Shown piece by piece: positions 14,672 to 26,654 of a stretch of DNA of 64,000 nucleotides. A model generated the notes under the pieces. That model saw nothing but the letters and a program-made list of their open reading frames with translations, was not told where the DNA came from and did not search any database. Position numbers and translations under genes: made by a program. The stretch is from the human T2T-CHM13v2.0 reference genome, Homo sapiens, in assembly GCF_009914755.1 (NCBI RefSeq), contig NC_060927.1. One strand, 5' to 3'. Each line of letters starts with the position of its first letter. Within the stretch, counting starts at the first letter, position 1.

Positions 14672-16212
14672 TTCTGCACCTAACCCCTTCCAAATCTCAC
14701 GTCCTCATATTGAAAAACCAATCAAGCCTTCCCAATAGTCCCCCAAAATCTTAACTCATTTCAGCATTAACTCAAAAGTCCACAGTTCCAAAGTCTCATC
14801 CAAGACAAGACAAGTCCCTTCTGCCTTGAGCCTGTAAAATGAAAAGAAAATTAGTTATTTCCTAGACACAATGGGAGTACAGGCATTGTGTAAAGACAAC
14901 CATTCCAAATGGGAGAAATTGGGCTAAACAAAGGGCATAAAGTCCCCATGCAAGTCCAAAATCCAGCAGGGCAGTCACATCTTAAAGCCGCAAAATGATC
15001 TCCTTTGACTTCATGTCTCACGTTCAGGTCACATTGATGCAAGAGTTGGGCTCCCATGGCCAGGAGCAGCTCTGTCCCTGGGATTTGCAGGGTATCGCCC
15101 CCTGGCTATTTTCACAGGTTTGCATTGAGCGTCTGCAGCTTTTTCAGGCACACAGTGTAAGCTGTCAGTGGCTATATCATTCTGGGGTCTGGATGACAGT
15201 GGCCCTTTTCTCACAGTTCCACTAGGCAGTGCCCTAGTAGGGACTCTCTGTGGGGGCTCCAACCTCACATTTCCCTTCTACACTGCCCTAGCACAGGTTC
15301 CCCATGAGTGCTGTGCCACTGCAGCAAATTCTACTTGGACACCCAGGCATCTGAAATCTATGCGGAGGTTCCCAAACCTCAGTTGTTGACTTCTGTGCAC
15401 TTGCAGGCCCAACACCATGTGGAAGCTGTTAAGGCTTGGGGCTTGCACCCTCTGAAGCCATGGCCTGAGCTCTACATTGGCCCCTTTCAACCATGGCTGG
15501 AGCAGCTGGGACACAGGACACCAAGTCATTAGGCTGCACAGAGCACAGGGATCCTGGGCCCAGCCCACAAAACCAGTTTTTCTCCTAGCACTCTAGGCCT
15601 GTGATGTGAGGATCTGCTGTGAAGACCTCTGAAATGCCCTGGAGACATTTTCCTCATTGTCTTGGGGATTAACATTTGGCTCCTAGTCACTTAGGCAAAT
15701 TTCTGCAGCAGGCTTGAATTTCTCCTCAGCAAATGGGATTTCTTTTTTATTGCATCATCAGGCCACAAACTTTCCAAACTTTTATGCAGTTTACATTTTA
15801 AAACTGAATGCCTTTAACAGCACTCAAGTCACCTCTTGAATCCTTTACTGCTTAGAAAGTTTTTCTGCCAGATAACCTAAATCATCGCTCTCAAGTTTGA
15901 TGTTCCAAAAATCTCTAGGGCAGGGTCAAAATGCTGCCACTCTTTTTGCTAAAACATAACAAGAGTCACCTTTGCTCCTGTTCCCAACAGGTTCCTTATC
16001 TCCATTTGAGACAGCCTCAGCCAAGATTTCATTGTCCATATTATTATCAGCATTTTGGTCAAAGCCATTCGACAAGTCTCTAGGGAGTCCCAAACTTTCC
16101 CAAATTTTCCCGTCTTCTTCTGAGCCCTCCAAACTGTTCCAACTTCTGCTTGTTACCCAGTTCCAAAGTCGCTTCCACATTTTCGGGTATTTTCTCAGCA
16201 GTGCCCCACTCT
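14672..16212 (-). mobile_element. THE1 internal region, truncated just short of the (absent) 5' LTR
   Basis: Collinear with the THE1 internal region at 42800-44405; minus-strand ORF remnant 'W..LEGSEED..WESL.LPRDL.NGFDQNAD'; ends at 'gtgccccactct'. Confidence 0.92.
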
Positions 16213-16526
16213 GTCATGAATATTTCCTCCTTATTTTGTTAAAAACATGTTAGTGCATGAATACACTTGTACTAATAAATTATCTTCATTTTATTTCCTT
16301 TTTCCTTCATTATATGACATAACCTTTATTGAGTTCATATCAAAATTAAAGCATTGTTAGCTTTGTTTAACAGCATTTGGCTTGAGGATTGGTGTGTTTC
16401 TGGTTGTACAAAGAATAGTTAGTTGTATTATATTAGGCATAATTAGGACCTTATTATTGTCTTTATTGGAAGAGTATATATGATCTCAAGAGATGTGTAT
16501 GGATTCAAGTTGACAAGGGGTGGACT
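16213..16526 (+). mobile_element. HERV-L internal region, 3'-terminal ~310 bp including the polypurine tract
   Basis: Ends '...gagatgtgtatggattcaagttgacaaggggtggact' immediately before the MLT2A LTR. Confidence 0.88.
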
Positions 16527-16983
16527 TGTGATGGTTAATACAGAGTGTCAATTTGATTGGGTTGAAGGATGCAAAGTATTGATTCGGCTTGTGTCTGTAA
16601 GGGTGTTACCAAAGGAGATTAACATTTGAGTCAGTGGGCTGGGAAGACGGGCCCACTGTTAATCTGGGTGGCCACCATCTAATAATCTGCTGGCACATAT
16701 AAAGCAGGCAGAAAGACGTGTAAAGACTAGCCTGACCTAGCCTCCCAGCCTACATCTTTCTCCCATGCTGGATGTTTCTTGCCCCAAAACATTGAACTCC
16801 AAATTTCTCACCTTTGAGACTAGGATTACCTTCCTTTGAGACTCGGGCTGGCTTCCTTGCCCCTCAGCTTGTAGATTGTCTATTGTGGGACCTTGTGATT
16901 GTTTGAGTTAATACTACTTAATAAACTCCAATATGTACGTGCTAGTCAGGGTTCTATCCCTCTAGAGAACCCTGACTAATACA
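16527..16983 (+). mobile_element. MLT2A (MLT2A1-like) HERV-L LTR
   Basis: Starts 'tgtgatggttaatacagagtgtcaatttgattgggttgaaggatgcaaagtattg', ends 'ctctagagaaccctgactaataca'; 457 bp. Confidence 0.92.
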
Positions 16984-17331
16984 GAAAGACATTAGGAAAA
17001 TCAGACTGCTCTAGATTTTTGACATTTGGCAGAAATTTTAAATAATTACAACAACAGCAATTAGGTAAGCAACTAAACTATGGGAAAGAGGAAAAAAAAC
17101 TGGAAATGTTGTGGGTAGGGAAACAAAGAGTTACACTAACATTAGTTAACTGCCATTAGTTCTTTGCAAAGATGGTGTATGTCCAGGGAAGTGTATTGAT
17201 GAGATTTGTTAAGCATTCTCATTTCTGGAAGAAGACACTCTAAGAGATAAGTCTAGGAAAAGTATCTTCTGTTTTTCAAGAAACTGTGTCTTTGTTTTCT
17301 TAGGAAAATTGGCTGTAAAAAGTTCAAAAGC

Positions 17332-18036
17332 CATTTCACACCAGTTAGAATGGCAAACATTAAAAAGTTAGAAAACAACAGACGCTGGAGAGGATGTGGA
17401 GAAATAGGAACGCTTTTACGCTGTTGGTGGGATCGTAAATTAGTTAAACAATTGTGGACACAGTGTGGTAATTCCTCAAGGATCTAGAACCAGAAATACC
17501 ATTTGACCCAACAATCCAATTACTGGGTATATACCCAAAGGATTATAAATCATTCTGCTACAAAAACACATGCACACATATGTTTATTGCAGTGCTGCTC
17601 ACAATAGTGAAGACTTGGAACCAACCCAAATGCCCATCAATGATAGACTGGATAAAGAAAATGTGGCACATATACACCATGGAATACTATGCAGCCATAA
17701 AAAAGGATGAGTTCATGTCCTTTGCAGGGACATGGATGAAGCTGGAAACCATCACTCTCAGCAAACTAACACAGGAACAGAAAACCAAACACTGCATGTT
17801 CTCACTCATAAGTGGGAGTTGAACAATGAGAACACATGGACACAGGGAGGGGAATATCACACACCAGGGCTTGTTGGGGGGTGGGGGACTAGGGGAGGGA
17901 CAGCATTAGGAGAAATACCTAATGTAAATGATGGGTTGATGGGTGCAGCAAACCACCATGGCACATGTATACCTAGGTAACAAACCTGCATGTTCTGCAC
18001 ATGTATCCCAGAACTTAAAGTTTATGTATAAGAAAA
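17332..18036 (+). mobile_element. 5'-truncated L1PA (L1PA6/7-like)
   Basis: ORF2 C-terminus (WIKKMWHIYTMEYYAAIKK) plus 3' UTR; 15-bp TSD AAAAAGTTCAAAAGC at 17317-17331 and 18037-18051. Confidence 0.95.
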
Positions 18037-18488
18037 AAAAAGTTCAAAAGCAAAAGACAATTGAAGACAGTGGTGTAGTATGGAATATTAGACTGTGAGA
18101 AGTTGGGTCATCTAAGCAAAAGAAAATATAGGTCAATACAAGCTGTGCTGCAACACTATTTTAGTGCAATTAGAGTAGTGATGTACATTGGAGTAAAACT
18201 GGACCAGAGGTTCCCTTAGAACTAATTTGCCAACTCAGTCCCAATCAGCAGAAATTGTTTACAGTTTCTGCAATCACTGTTATTACGCTAATGCAAGAAC
18301 ATAGGCACAATAATTCTGAGAATAGATATCTTTAATCCTGGGAGAGTTTCATAAAAATTTTTAGGGCCAGCAAGCTTAAATTAAAAAAAAAAAAAAGAGA
18401 TAAATCTGGAAGAAAGAATACCAGCAAAGTAAGAAAGGGTCAAATGTTTCTAATCTGACAAGGATATATGGAAGTTTCAATGCCTGGG

Positions 18489-18880
18489 TACTATGGGCTG
18501 AATTGTGTCCTTCTAAAATTTATGTCATGAAGCCCTAACCCCTAGTTCCTCAGAATTTGACTATTTTTGAGGATAGAGCCTTTCAACGGAAGGATTAAGT
18601 TAAAATGAAGGCCCCTTTAGAGTGGGCCCTAATCTAATCTGATTGGCATCTTTATAAGAAGAGGAAATTTTCACATGCATGCAGGAATGAGAGAGAGACA
18701 GAGAGAGAGAGAGAAACTAGGGATATTTGTGCACAGAGGAAATATCATGTGAGGAAACCAAACCTGCTGATATCTTGATCTTGAACTTCTAGTCTGTAGA
18801 GCTATGGGAAAATAATGTTTTGTTGCTTAAACCACCCAGTCTACGGTATTTCCTTATGACAGTCCTAGCAAACTAATACA
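18489..18880 (+). mobile_element. MLT1B/C solo LTR
   Basis: 'tactatgggctgaattgtgtcc...gcaaactaataca'; 5-bp TSD CTGGG at 18484-18488 and 18881-18885. Confidence 0.9.
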
Positions 18881-18956
18881 CTGGGTGACTCATATTGCAC
18901 CAGCACTAACATGCCATTTTTTTTATTATGATTATTTCCATGATTCTCCAGATCAG

Positions 18957-19130
18957 CAGTTTCTTTGTATAGATAAATACTATCAGATAAACTTGTATAA
19001 CGTTTAGTTTCCTAGACCCAGTCCCAGAAATATTATAGGTCTGGAGTAATGCCCAGAAATCTGAAAATTTGCAAGCACCCAGCAGTGATTCTGATGTTGG
19101 AGTATTAAAAACAAAATTTCAGACAAACTT
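18957..19130. mobile_element. MER5-like hAT DNA transposon remnant
   Basis: 'taggtctggagtaatgcccagaaatctgaaaatttgcaagcacccagcagtgattctgatg'. Confidence 0.6.
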
Positions 19131-19446
19131 CTATAGATGTATGTGAGGAATACTCACATCTCCGGAAAGCTATTCAGGTAGGTGTTCTCTACTCAGTTTG
19201 AACTATTGAGCAGGAGAATTAGGAAGGTAGGGATGTCTTTGTACTCATCCTTTAAAATAATAAATGTAGAGTGTTTGAGATACTTTTTCATGATTTTATG
19301 ATCCCTCAGTGTGATTCATTTAATAAATTGATACATTACACTTTTTTTTATTAGGTAACAATAGGTTAAGATCAAGCACTGTGTCATGACTTTTGTACTG
19401 AGATTTCTGTGCAGTTTATTTCTTGCTTATCACTATGGTACAAATG

Positions 19447-19613
19447 TGGATAGCTTCATGAGTGTAGGTCCTGCACAGTAACACTGAACACAGTAGTGTT
19501 GCCCCCTTGGTTTAAGGTTTTGTTGTTGCCATCTTAAAATTCTTAGTAGTTTTTAACAAGACGCTTGCATATTCATTTTGCATGGGGCCTTGCGTATTAC
19601 ATTCCTGATCCTG
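19447..19613. mobile_element. MER91A-like hAT DNA transposon
   Basis: 'cttggtttaagg...gccatcttaaaattcttagtagtttttaacaag...ttcattttgcatggggcc...tcctg'. Confidence 0.7.
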
Positions 19614-20337
19614 AGTACCAAATCAGGTTTAAGGTTTATGACTTATGACAAAGATGTCTATATCTCCCTTGGGTTTCATTTATGTTTTTAGCCTCAGAAA
19701 TTAGAGTTGAATTAAAAACCCATATGATAGAAGTCACTCTTCATGTTGCATTGTCACTAATGATAAGGGAAATGTAGCTGAAGAGTTATACTCATGTCTT
19801 TTAATGATTTTCACGTACACTAGCATTCACTATCCCACATGAAGGCATGTAAAGATCATGGGGAAGATGGAGTTTTTAACAACCATCAGGTGAATCTGGT
19901 ATGCTTCTCATTTTTTTTCTTTGTCTACAATTGAAGTATTTTCTAACCACAGATTTATGGCACAGCTCATTTCTCGTGCTTTAAAAATACCAAGGAAAAT
20001 CACACTAGGAATGTCTCGCCTACATTTCAAGCTACATAATTTCTTTTATCCTTTGTTTTCCTTTCTATATTAAGCATAATTATGGAAAATAAGATTTTTG
20101 TCGTGTCAAAATGATATGTTTAGAGAAGAATTAGAGTATCTCTTAAAACAGTCTTTGATCCTTTTGTTGTTCCTCTCACTTCACACTTGTTATACTCAAA
20201 GAAACATAATTATGTATTATAATTTAGGGAAAATTACCCCGTGCAAGTCTATATTCTATAAATTTAATTCCAGAAAACTGATTAAGACTTAATTATGGAT
20301 TAAAATGTGTGTCATAATAAGAATTATAATTACAATG

Positions 20338-20500
20338 ATATCTAACATATATTTTGTATTCACTATGTTTCCAGCACTTTACTAAGTGATTTACATATAT
20401 AAATATCTTTGATCTTCACAAAAACTATATGAGTTAGGTGTTCCCAGGCATTATGGATGATGAAATTAAGGCACAGAGAAGCGTGGGTGATTGTCTCAGC
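20338..20500 (-). mobile_element. MIR SINE
   Basis: 'cactatgtttccagcactttactaagtgatttacatat...gatgaaattaaggcacagagaag'. Confidence 0.7.
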
Positions 20501-21665
20501 ATCCAGGGTTACCCATTGTATGGAGGAGACTCCTAAACTATAGTATTAGGTAGAATAAGAGAAATTTTCAAATATCCTTCTTTCGGTTCTTATCAAAAAA
20601 ATTAATTTCTCGTTAAGATACGTTTGGTCTTACTTATAAATTCTTAAATAGCAACATATATTCTATCACTCAGAACAAATTATAGCAAAATTCCAATAAT
20701 TACCTCTGCAAGACCTGAGCAACACCTACAGAAATTCTATGTTAAATTTTAATACTGTGTTGAATAAATATGTACAAAGGACCATTATTCCTCAACGTAG
20801 ATTGTATGCACACAGTGGCTGTTTGAAATAAGAAACTATTTGGGAAACAGTGAAATGTCTTTATTGTGTGACCTTTTAAGTACACTTATATCCCCTAAAA
20901 TGGGACAATTCTCAAAACATCAGATTACATGTGTGTGGCATCAGAACTATGAACTTAACACTTATCTTGCTGTCATTGAGCTTTAGGTGGTTCCAACTGT
21001 GAAGAACAAGGTGTGTGTTTTTGTTCTATGAGAATGATTTTATTCACTCTGTATCTAGATCAAGTGTGAGAAGATGAGAGCTGAGGCTTTGTTCAGGTAG
21101 AATACCCAGGAAGCATGGCTCATATACCAGGTCACCTGGCTGAGCAATGAAGTGATGGTTCCCAGAAGCAGAGAGAGCAGAACTAGAGAAGGGTGGAAAA
21201 GAAAGTCTTAGATTAGAGCCATGTTGGTGATCCAAGGTGATTTCTCAGATCTTTAGAAAGGAGGCAATGAAGGGGAAGTAAAAGTATGAATAAGACTAAA
21301 AGACCAGAAGAGGCTAAATAAATATAAGGATGAATGTCAGAGTGGGGCTGTAGGTCATGGAAAAATACCTGGGCTGAGTTGAAGAGCTGGGAAGGTTTTA
21401 AAATATATTTCCACCACCATAAACTGAGCCATAGATAGAACCAATGAAGCAGAGGAGTAAATAGTTTAGCACAGCAGGTAGATTGACAGAAGTCCTATAA
21501 ATAACATTCTTTATCTCATTTATAAAACCTTAGATGTAATGTAAACAACTTGAGGTATTACCTTCTCAGTGTCTCTTGTGTGTGTGGAAACATCAAAACT
21601 TGCCTTAATAACATGATTTTACTACCTGAAATTTAAAAAAAACTAAATCACAGAAAATGATGTAG

Positions 21666-21775
21666 TCACTTATTCAACAAATATTTACTGAGAACCTACT
21701 CAGTGCTGGGACTGTTCTAGAGCTCTGGTGAGAAACCAAGGAAACAAAATTCCATGCTCATGGAGAATGTACATC
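21666..21775 (-). mobile_element. L2 3' end fragment
   Basis: 'tattcaacaaatatttactgagaacctactcagtgctgggactgttctag'. Confidence 0.7.
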
Positions 21776-22429
21776 AGTTCTTATTGGTAGAGTGTGTGCT
21801 TGGGATGCTGTATGAGGAAGGATCCTAAAGGCATCTTAGCTCTCCAGAAGGAATGAACCATGATTGATAAGCAGTATCAGTCACTGAATGCATGCATCAT
21901 GTAAATGTTTTGTTGAGAGGTAGGTCTGACCTAGAGATATTGATTGGCATTTGCTTATTGACGTGGAGTGGTACAAGTTGTAAATATCCACCTCCCATCT
22001 GTCTCCTATTTCCAAGTTGGATTTTCCTAGCTTCCAAAGACGAAACACAGGTAAACATTTTCTCTAAACAAAGCAATGTAAATGGCTAATTTGTGCAGGT
22101 GAACTAAAAACTGTTAAACTCACGTTAACAGATTTAGGCATATAGAGGTGTTTTTTTTTTTTAATTACTCATTCATTTCAACAAGAGGAGGCATTTGAAA
22201 GATTTGGAATAAAATTCATTGTCTTTGTTAGTTCACTGGCTAGCAAAAGCAGAGAGCTAATTATATATTCTAATCGAATTCTTTCCAATCATCATCATCC
22301 AACTCCACCTCAACCCCCACTTGGATACAAATGCTACTAAAACTTTTCTCTCTAGTGTATACAAAAGCAGTCTTTTTTCTTATCCAAATATTTTAACCCA
22401 GAGACTAACAATAGTAGTCAACTAAATAA

Positions 22430-22640
22430 GTATTTGTATAACAGACACTTGTCCAAAGGCCTTACCTAAATTAGTCCACTTAATCTCTAAAATAATTTAA
22501 TGAAATAAATAGTAAGTCCTATGATTAGCTTCATTTTATAGAGGAAAAAAGTGAGATACGGAGATGTTGAATAATTTGTCGAAGTTTGCACAATTAGCAA
22601 GCTTAAGAGCCAGGATTTGAACCTGATGTGGCTCTCTTCC
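22430..22640 (-). mobile_element. MIR SINE
   Basis: MIR core 'cattttatagaggaaaaaagtgagatacggagatgttgaataatttgtc...agagccaggatttgaacc'. Confidence 0.75.
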
Positions 22641-22793
22641 ACTGTCAGTGTCTGTTGCCTAAATAATACATACACATGCTCTCTTTCTTACTTTAAATAA
22701 TCGTGGCTTATTTTAATTGCAATGTTTCTATGTTTCCTGCTGCTGATGAAAACGAAGCAAAAAGATAAAAAGAAAAATATGGCAATGAAATTG

Positions 22794-23285
22794 TTTAATT
22801 TATTCATTTACTCAAAAAATATTTATTATGTACCTACAATGTACTTTGTACATTTTTGGTGATGAAATACCACGAAAAATCAATAAGCACAAAAACCTAT
22901 GTCAATTTTTGTAAGAGATTACCTTCCAGTGGGCAATAAATAAATAGATAATTTATATTTTCAGGTAGTTGAAAGTTCTATGAATACAAATAAAGTACTG
23001 TAAGGGTATTGAGTATAATATGTGGTCTGAGAAGGTCTTTCTAAGAGATGTTTAATGAAGTGAGGATGCAAGCCATGAAAATATCTGCAAAGAATTTCTT
23101 GACAAAGGGAAGATAAAGTACAAAGGCAATAAGAAATAATAAGGGGGATACTTTGCAGAGAGAGGGCAGATGGATTGATAAAATGTATCTCAAAGAAGCA
23201 GCCAGAAGCTACCTAAACACGGAGACATATAAGGTGGAGTAAGAACTGAATTTTATTCAGATATCAAAAAATATTCTAAAGCAAG
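22794..23285 (-). mobile_element. L2 3' region
   Basis: 'ttcatttactcaaaaaatatttattatgtacctacaatgtac...gcaagccatgaaaatatctg'. Confidence 0.65.
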
Positions 23286-25289
23286 GAACAAAAAGACCTC
23301 TGATATGAGGTGGCCAACTTAAAAAAATTGCTGGTGAAAAGACTATGGTCATGAATTAAGGTAAAGAGTCTTTTATTAAGTCTCTTTGTGATTTTGTAAC
23401 CAAGCTTCGTTATCAGGGATCATGCAGTCTTATTGGCTTAAAGCTTCAGCAAAGGCATCTATCTGGGCTCAACATAGCCACTGGGCATGTGTTTGAAAGA
23501 CAGAAAAGTAGACATGTTAAATCTGTACCTTGCTGTCCCAAGGAAATGATAGCAACCCTTGCTAAAATATTCATGTTTTTCATACTTAGAGAGGCTCTCA
23601 TTCTCCATAAGTACCTTATTTCTATCATTAACTCTTGTCTTAATTACCCAAACACATTGATGATGTTTTGGACATAATTATGAATTGTGATGACTGTGCG
23701 TATCTGCCCTCAAAAGGCAGGCAACAGAAGGCTCTATTTCAATGTGTTCTGTGAATGCCAAAGATAACTACTGAGCAAAATATTTACTTTTTAAATGGTT
23801 ATAGATAGAGTTACAATAAAAATTTTGAAAACCATCAGCATTTCTATTGTATATATTGGCATTCTGGAGGAGAATAAATCATAAAAAGAAATATGCTATT
23901 GGACTCTCTGACCTGGTTCTACCTTGACCTGGTAAGTGCTTTTGTAATGACAAATCAAAACCTTAAAATATAGAATCCTAACCTCCAATCGTTAGAAATG
24001 ACCTTAAAGTTTTATAATATAGCTCAATGCACTTTTGAACTTCAAATTATAAATAATTATTAACTCATTAAATTCTTATCTAGAGACAACTGAGACAACA
24101 GTATTTATTATCAAAGATATTTTTGCCAGTCCAAAGACTTAGTGGCTTTCTGTTTCATCAGAATATTTCTTGCGATGGTTACAACAAGAGTGGTTTACTA
24201 GCTACACGGAAGTTATTATAGCGCCACTGTTCATGCTGATTAAATTGAGGCCACATCAGCATTTTTTTCTATGAACATTTTTTCCAGAGTTTTATAGTGC
24301 TGTAGTCAAACAAAAGGATATAGGGTAAGTAAACAGCTTCCAAAATCTTAGAGAAAAAATCATGACTCCAGCTCCTTATTTCCTCTCTCCAGACATCTAA
24401 TGCAAGAGAGCAAAGGTAGCACTAAATTACAAACAAATCTTTGGGTACCAATAAAGGAAGCATAAAATCTGACTGCATATATAGCTCTACAAATACAAAT
24501 CTGTCTTCAGAACAAAAGTTATGAATCATCTGTAGCAACAGCAAAAGATTTCTCTTTGATGGTTGGATGAATTCAATCACCAAAGCAAAGCTAATAAGAA
24601 TTTCTAAGGTTTGTATTTCATAAGCTCTTTAATGCTGAATCTTATCTGAGATGTATGATTTTTGATAGTATCTTTCCTTCCTTTCCTGTGGATAAAAGGT
24701 AACCATAAGGGAGACTTTTGCTATATAGGTAATGCATGAAGGGAAATAAAATAATCTGTAAACATAATCTTGGTGTCGACTGTGATGCTGAGTTTTTTAG
24801 TCTTATCACAACTATGATCCCATAAAAAAATCCTCAAATAAAGAAGAAAACCCCCCATGCACATATAACTTCAAAGTGTATCATGACCTGGAACAGAAGC
24901 AAACGTCTTTCTCACCCCAGGTAGTGATTAATTTATACCCTAAGGTGTAAAACCTATTCTCACAAATACAACTACAAATATTTTTTATAGGATTGGGCCA
25001 TTCGCCTACTTCATGTCTACAATCTGGCCTGTGATGAAACATTTGAAGTCAAGAGGAGATCAATGCAGAGTGGTGAAAAATATGAAAAATGAACTAAAAC
25101 CCTTTATTTATCCTCTCTCTAAAAATGGAAAAGCCACTTGCCCCAGTCACATCAGATATATTAAACCAAATATGCTTCTACAAATGGCCTTGTACAGGGA
25201 ACTACATAAAGCAAACTAATATTAACAAAGTCACTGGTGCTTAGATACTTAAGACATACACATACGATGCTTATTATTTACCTAGTAAT

Positions 25290-25879
25290 GGTCTAGTAGT
25301 CTGAAACACTGAATTAGTGTATACTGAATTTTTACCCCATATGGAAGATACAGGGTTAAGTAATTGAGAGCCTCTAATTACATTTTCACAAACTGATTGA
25401 TAGATTATTTTATGCCTGTTTCTCTTTAAAGACACTTTGTTGAACAATTAACATTGAACTCACAGCCAACAGCACCAGAGCTCATGCCTAAAGGAAGCTT
25501 CTCTGACATACATAATTTCACCATAAGATACACTACATAGCCTTTTTGAGTTCAGGAAAACAAGGCAGCATTTTCAGCACTAAATTTGGAGGACATTTCA
25601 AACAGTGAAATCCAAACAAAATGAACAGAAATACAGAAAATGTGGCCCTAAATAGATGGAAAAAAGGACGTAGTTTATAGTATAAGGGCTGAAATAAGTG
25701 CAAAGCTGTGCCTTATTGGACCTCAGACTTTCCTGACATATTTTTTTGCCACTCTACATATGTGCCTGCCCTTGAATGACCTTGAAGGCACTGCAAGTAT
25801 TACTTTTGGGGTTAAAAATAAATTTTAGCAAGTAGGCAAAATTGAAAATACAGAAATCACCAATTATGAGGATCAACTG
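25290..25879. mobile_element. MER82 (TcMar-Tigger) DNA transposon
   Basis: 'cattgaactcacagccaacagcac', 'aattttagcaagtaggcaaaattgaaaatacag...atgaggatcaactg' followed by TA. Confidence 0.8.
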
Positions 25880-26628
25880 TATTATGTTATTTGGTTAGTT
25901 TCTTAAGAAAGAAGTCCTCAACAGTAAAGAAAATAAGTTTGTAAAAATTATTCAAAAAGCCCAGCATCACCTATTTTAAAATCAATACTAATTTCAAATT
26001 AAAATGTCATTTAAATTAAGTTACATATATTATTTAAAGTAACCCAAGATTGACTTAATTGACTTTCCTTTAAAGTCTCCATCTTAAATATGTACATTAT
26101 GTAAAATATCTCCCCAGGCTATTTAACTAATTCAAAACACTATTAATAGTGCACATGGCTAAAGGAATAGTTGCACCATGTTCATATGTCCCCTTATAAT
26201 GGACCATTATTTAATGGTCCATTATATTAATGTTAAGCTAAGAACTTAACACTCACGCACATGCAAAAATCTGTTTAAAATATTACCTTATTTTCTCTTA
26301 AAAGAAATTTGTCTCAAAATACCTTCTGCTTCAAGTCTCCTAATTGCTAGGGCAGGTGGAAGAGCACACAGTGACCTGAACTACAACCTGTATAAATCAG
26401 AAGATATGTAAAGCATGGATTCAATTGAAATCATATTTAGGAGTAGTTAGGATAGGTGAGTTGAAGAAAACTCTAGATATGGGTCTTGATCAGTTTTGCC
26501 AAAGCTACCTTATATGATATGGTTTATGAAAAGTGAGGTTTCCTAAGTCTTTCATAAAGTGCTAAAAACACCTTTAGAAAATATTGCTGTTTTTAACTGA
26601 TCTATGTGTATGTATGTGTCTATTGTCA

Positions 26629-26654
26629 TCTATCTATCTATCTATCTATCTATC
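26629..26654. repeat. (TCTA)n tetranucleotide repeat
   Basis: Visible directly. Confidence 0.85.
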
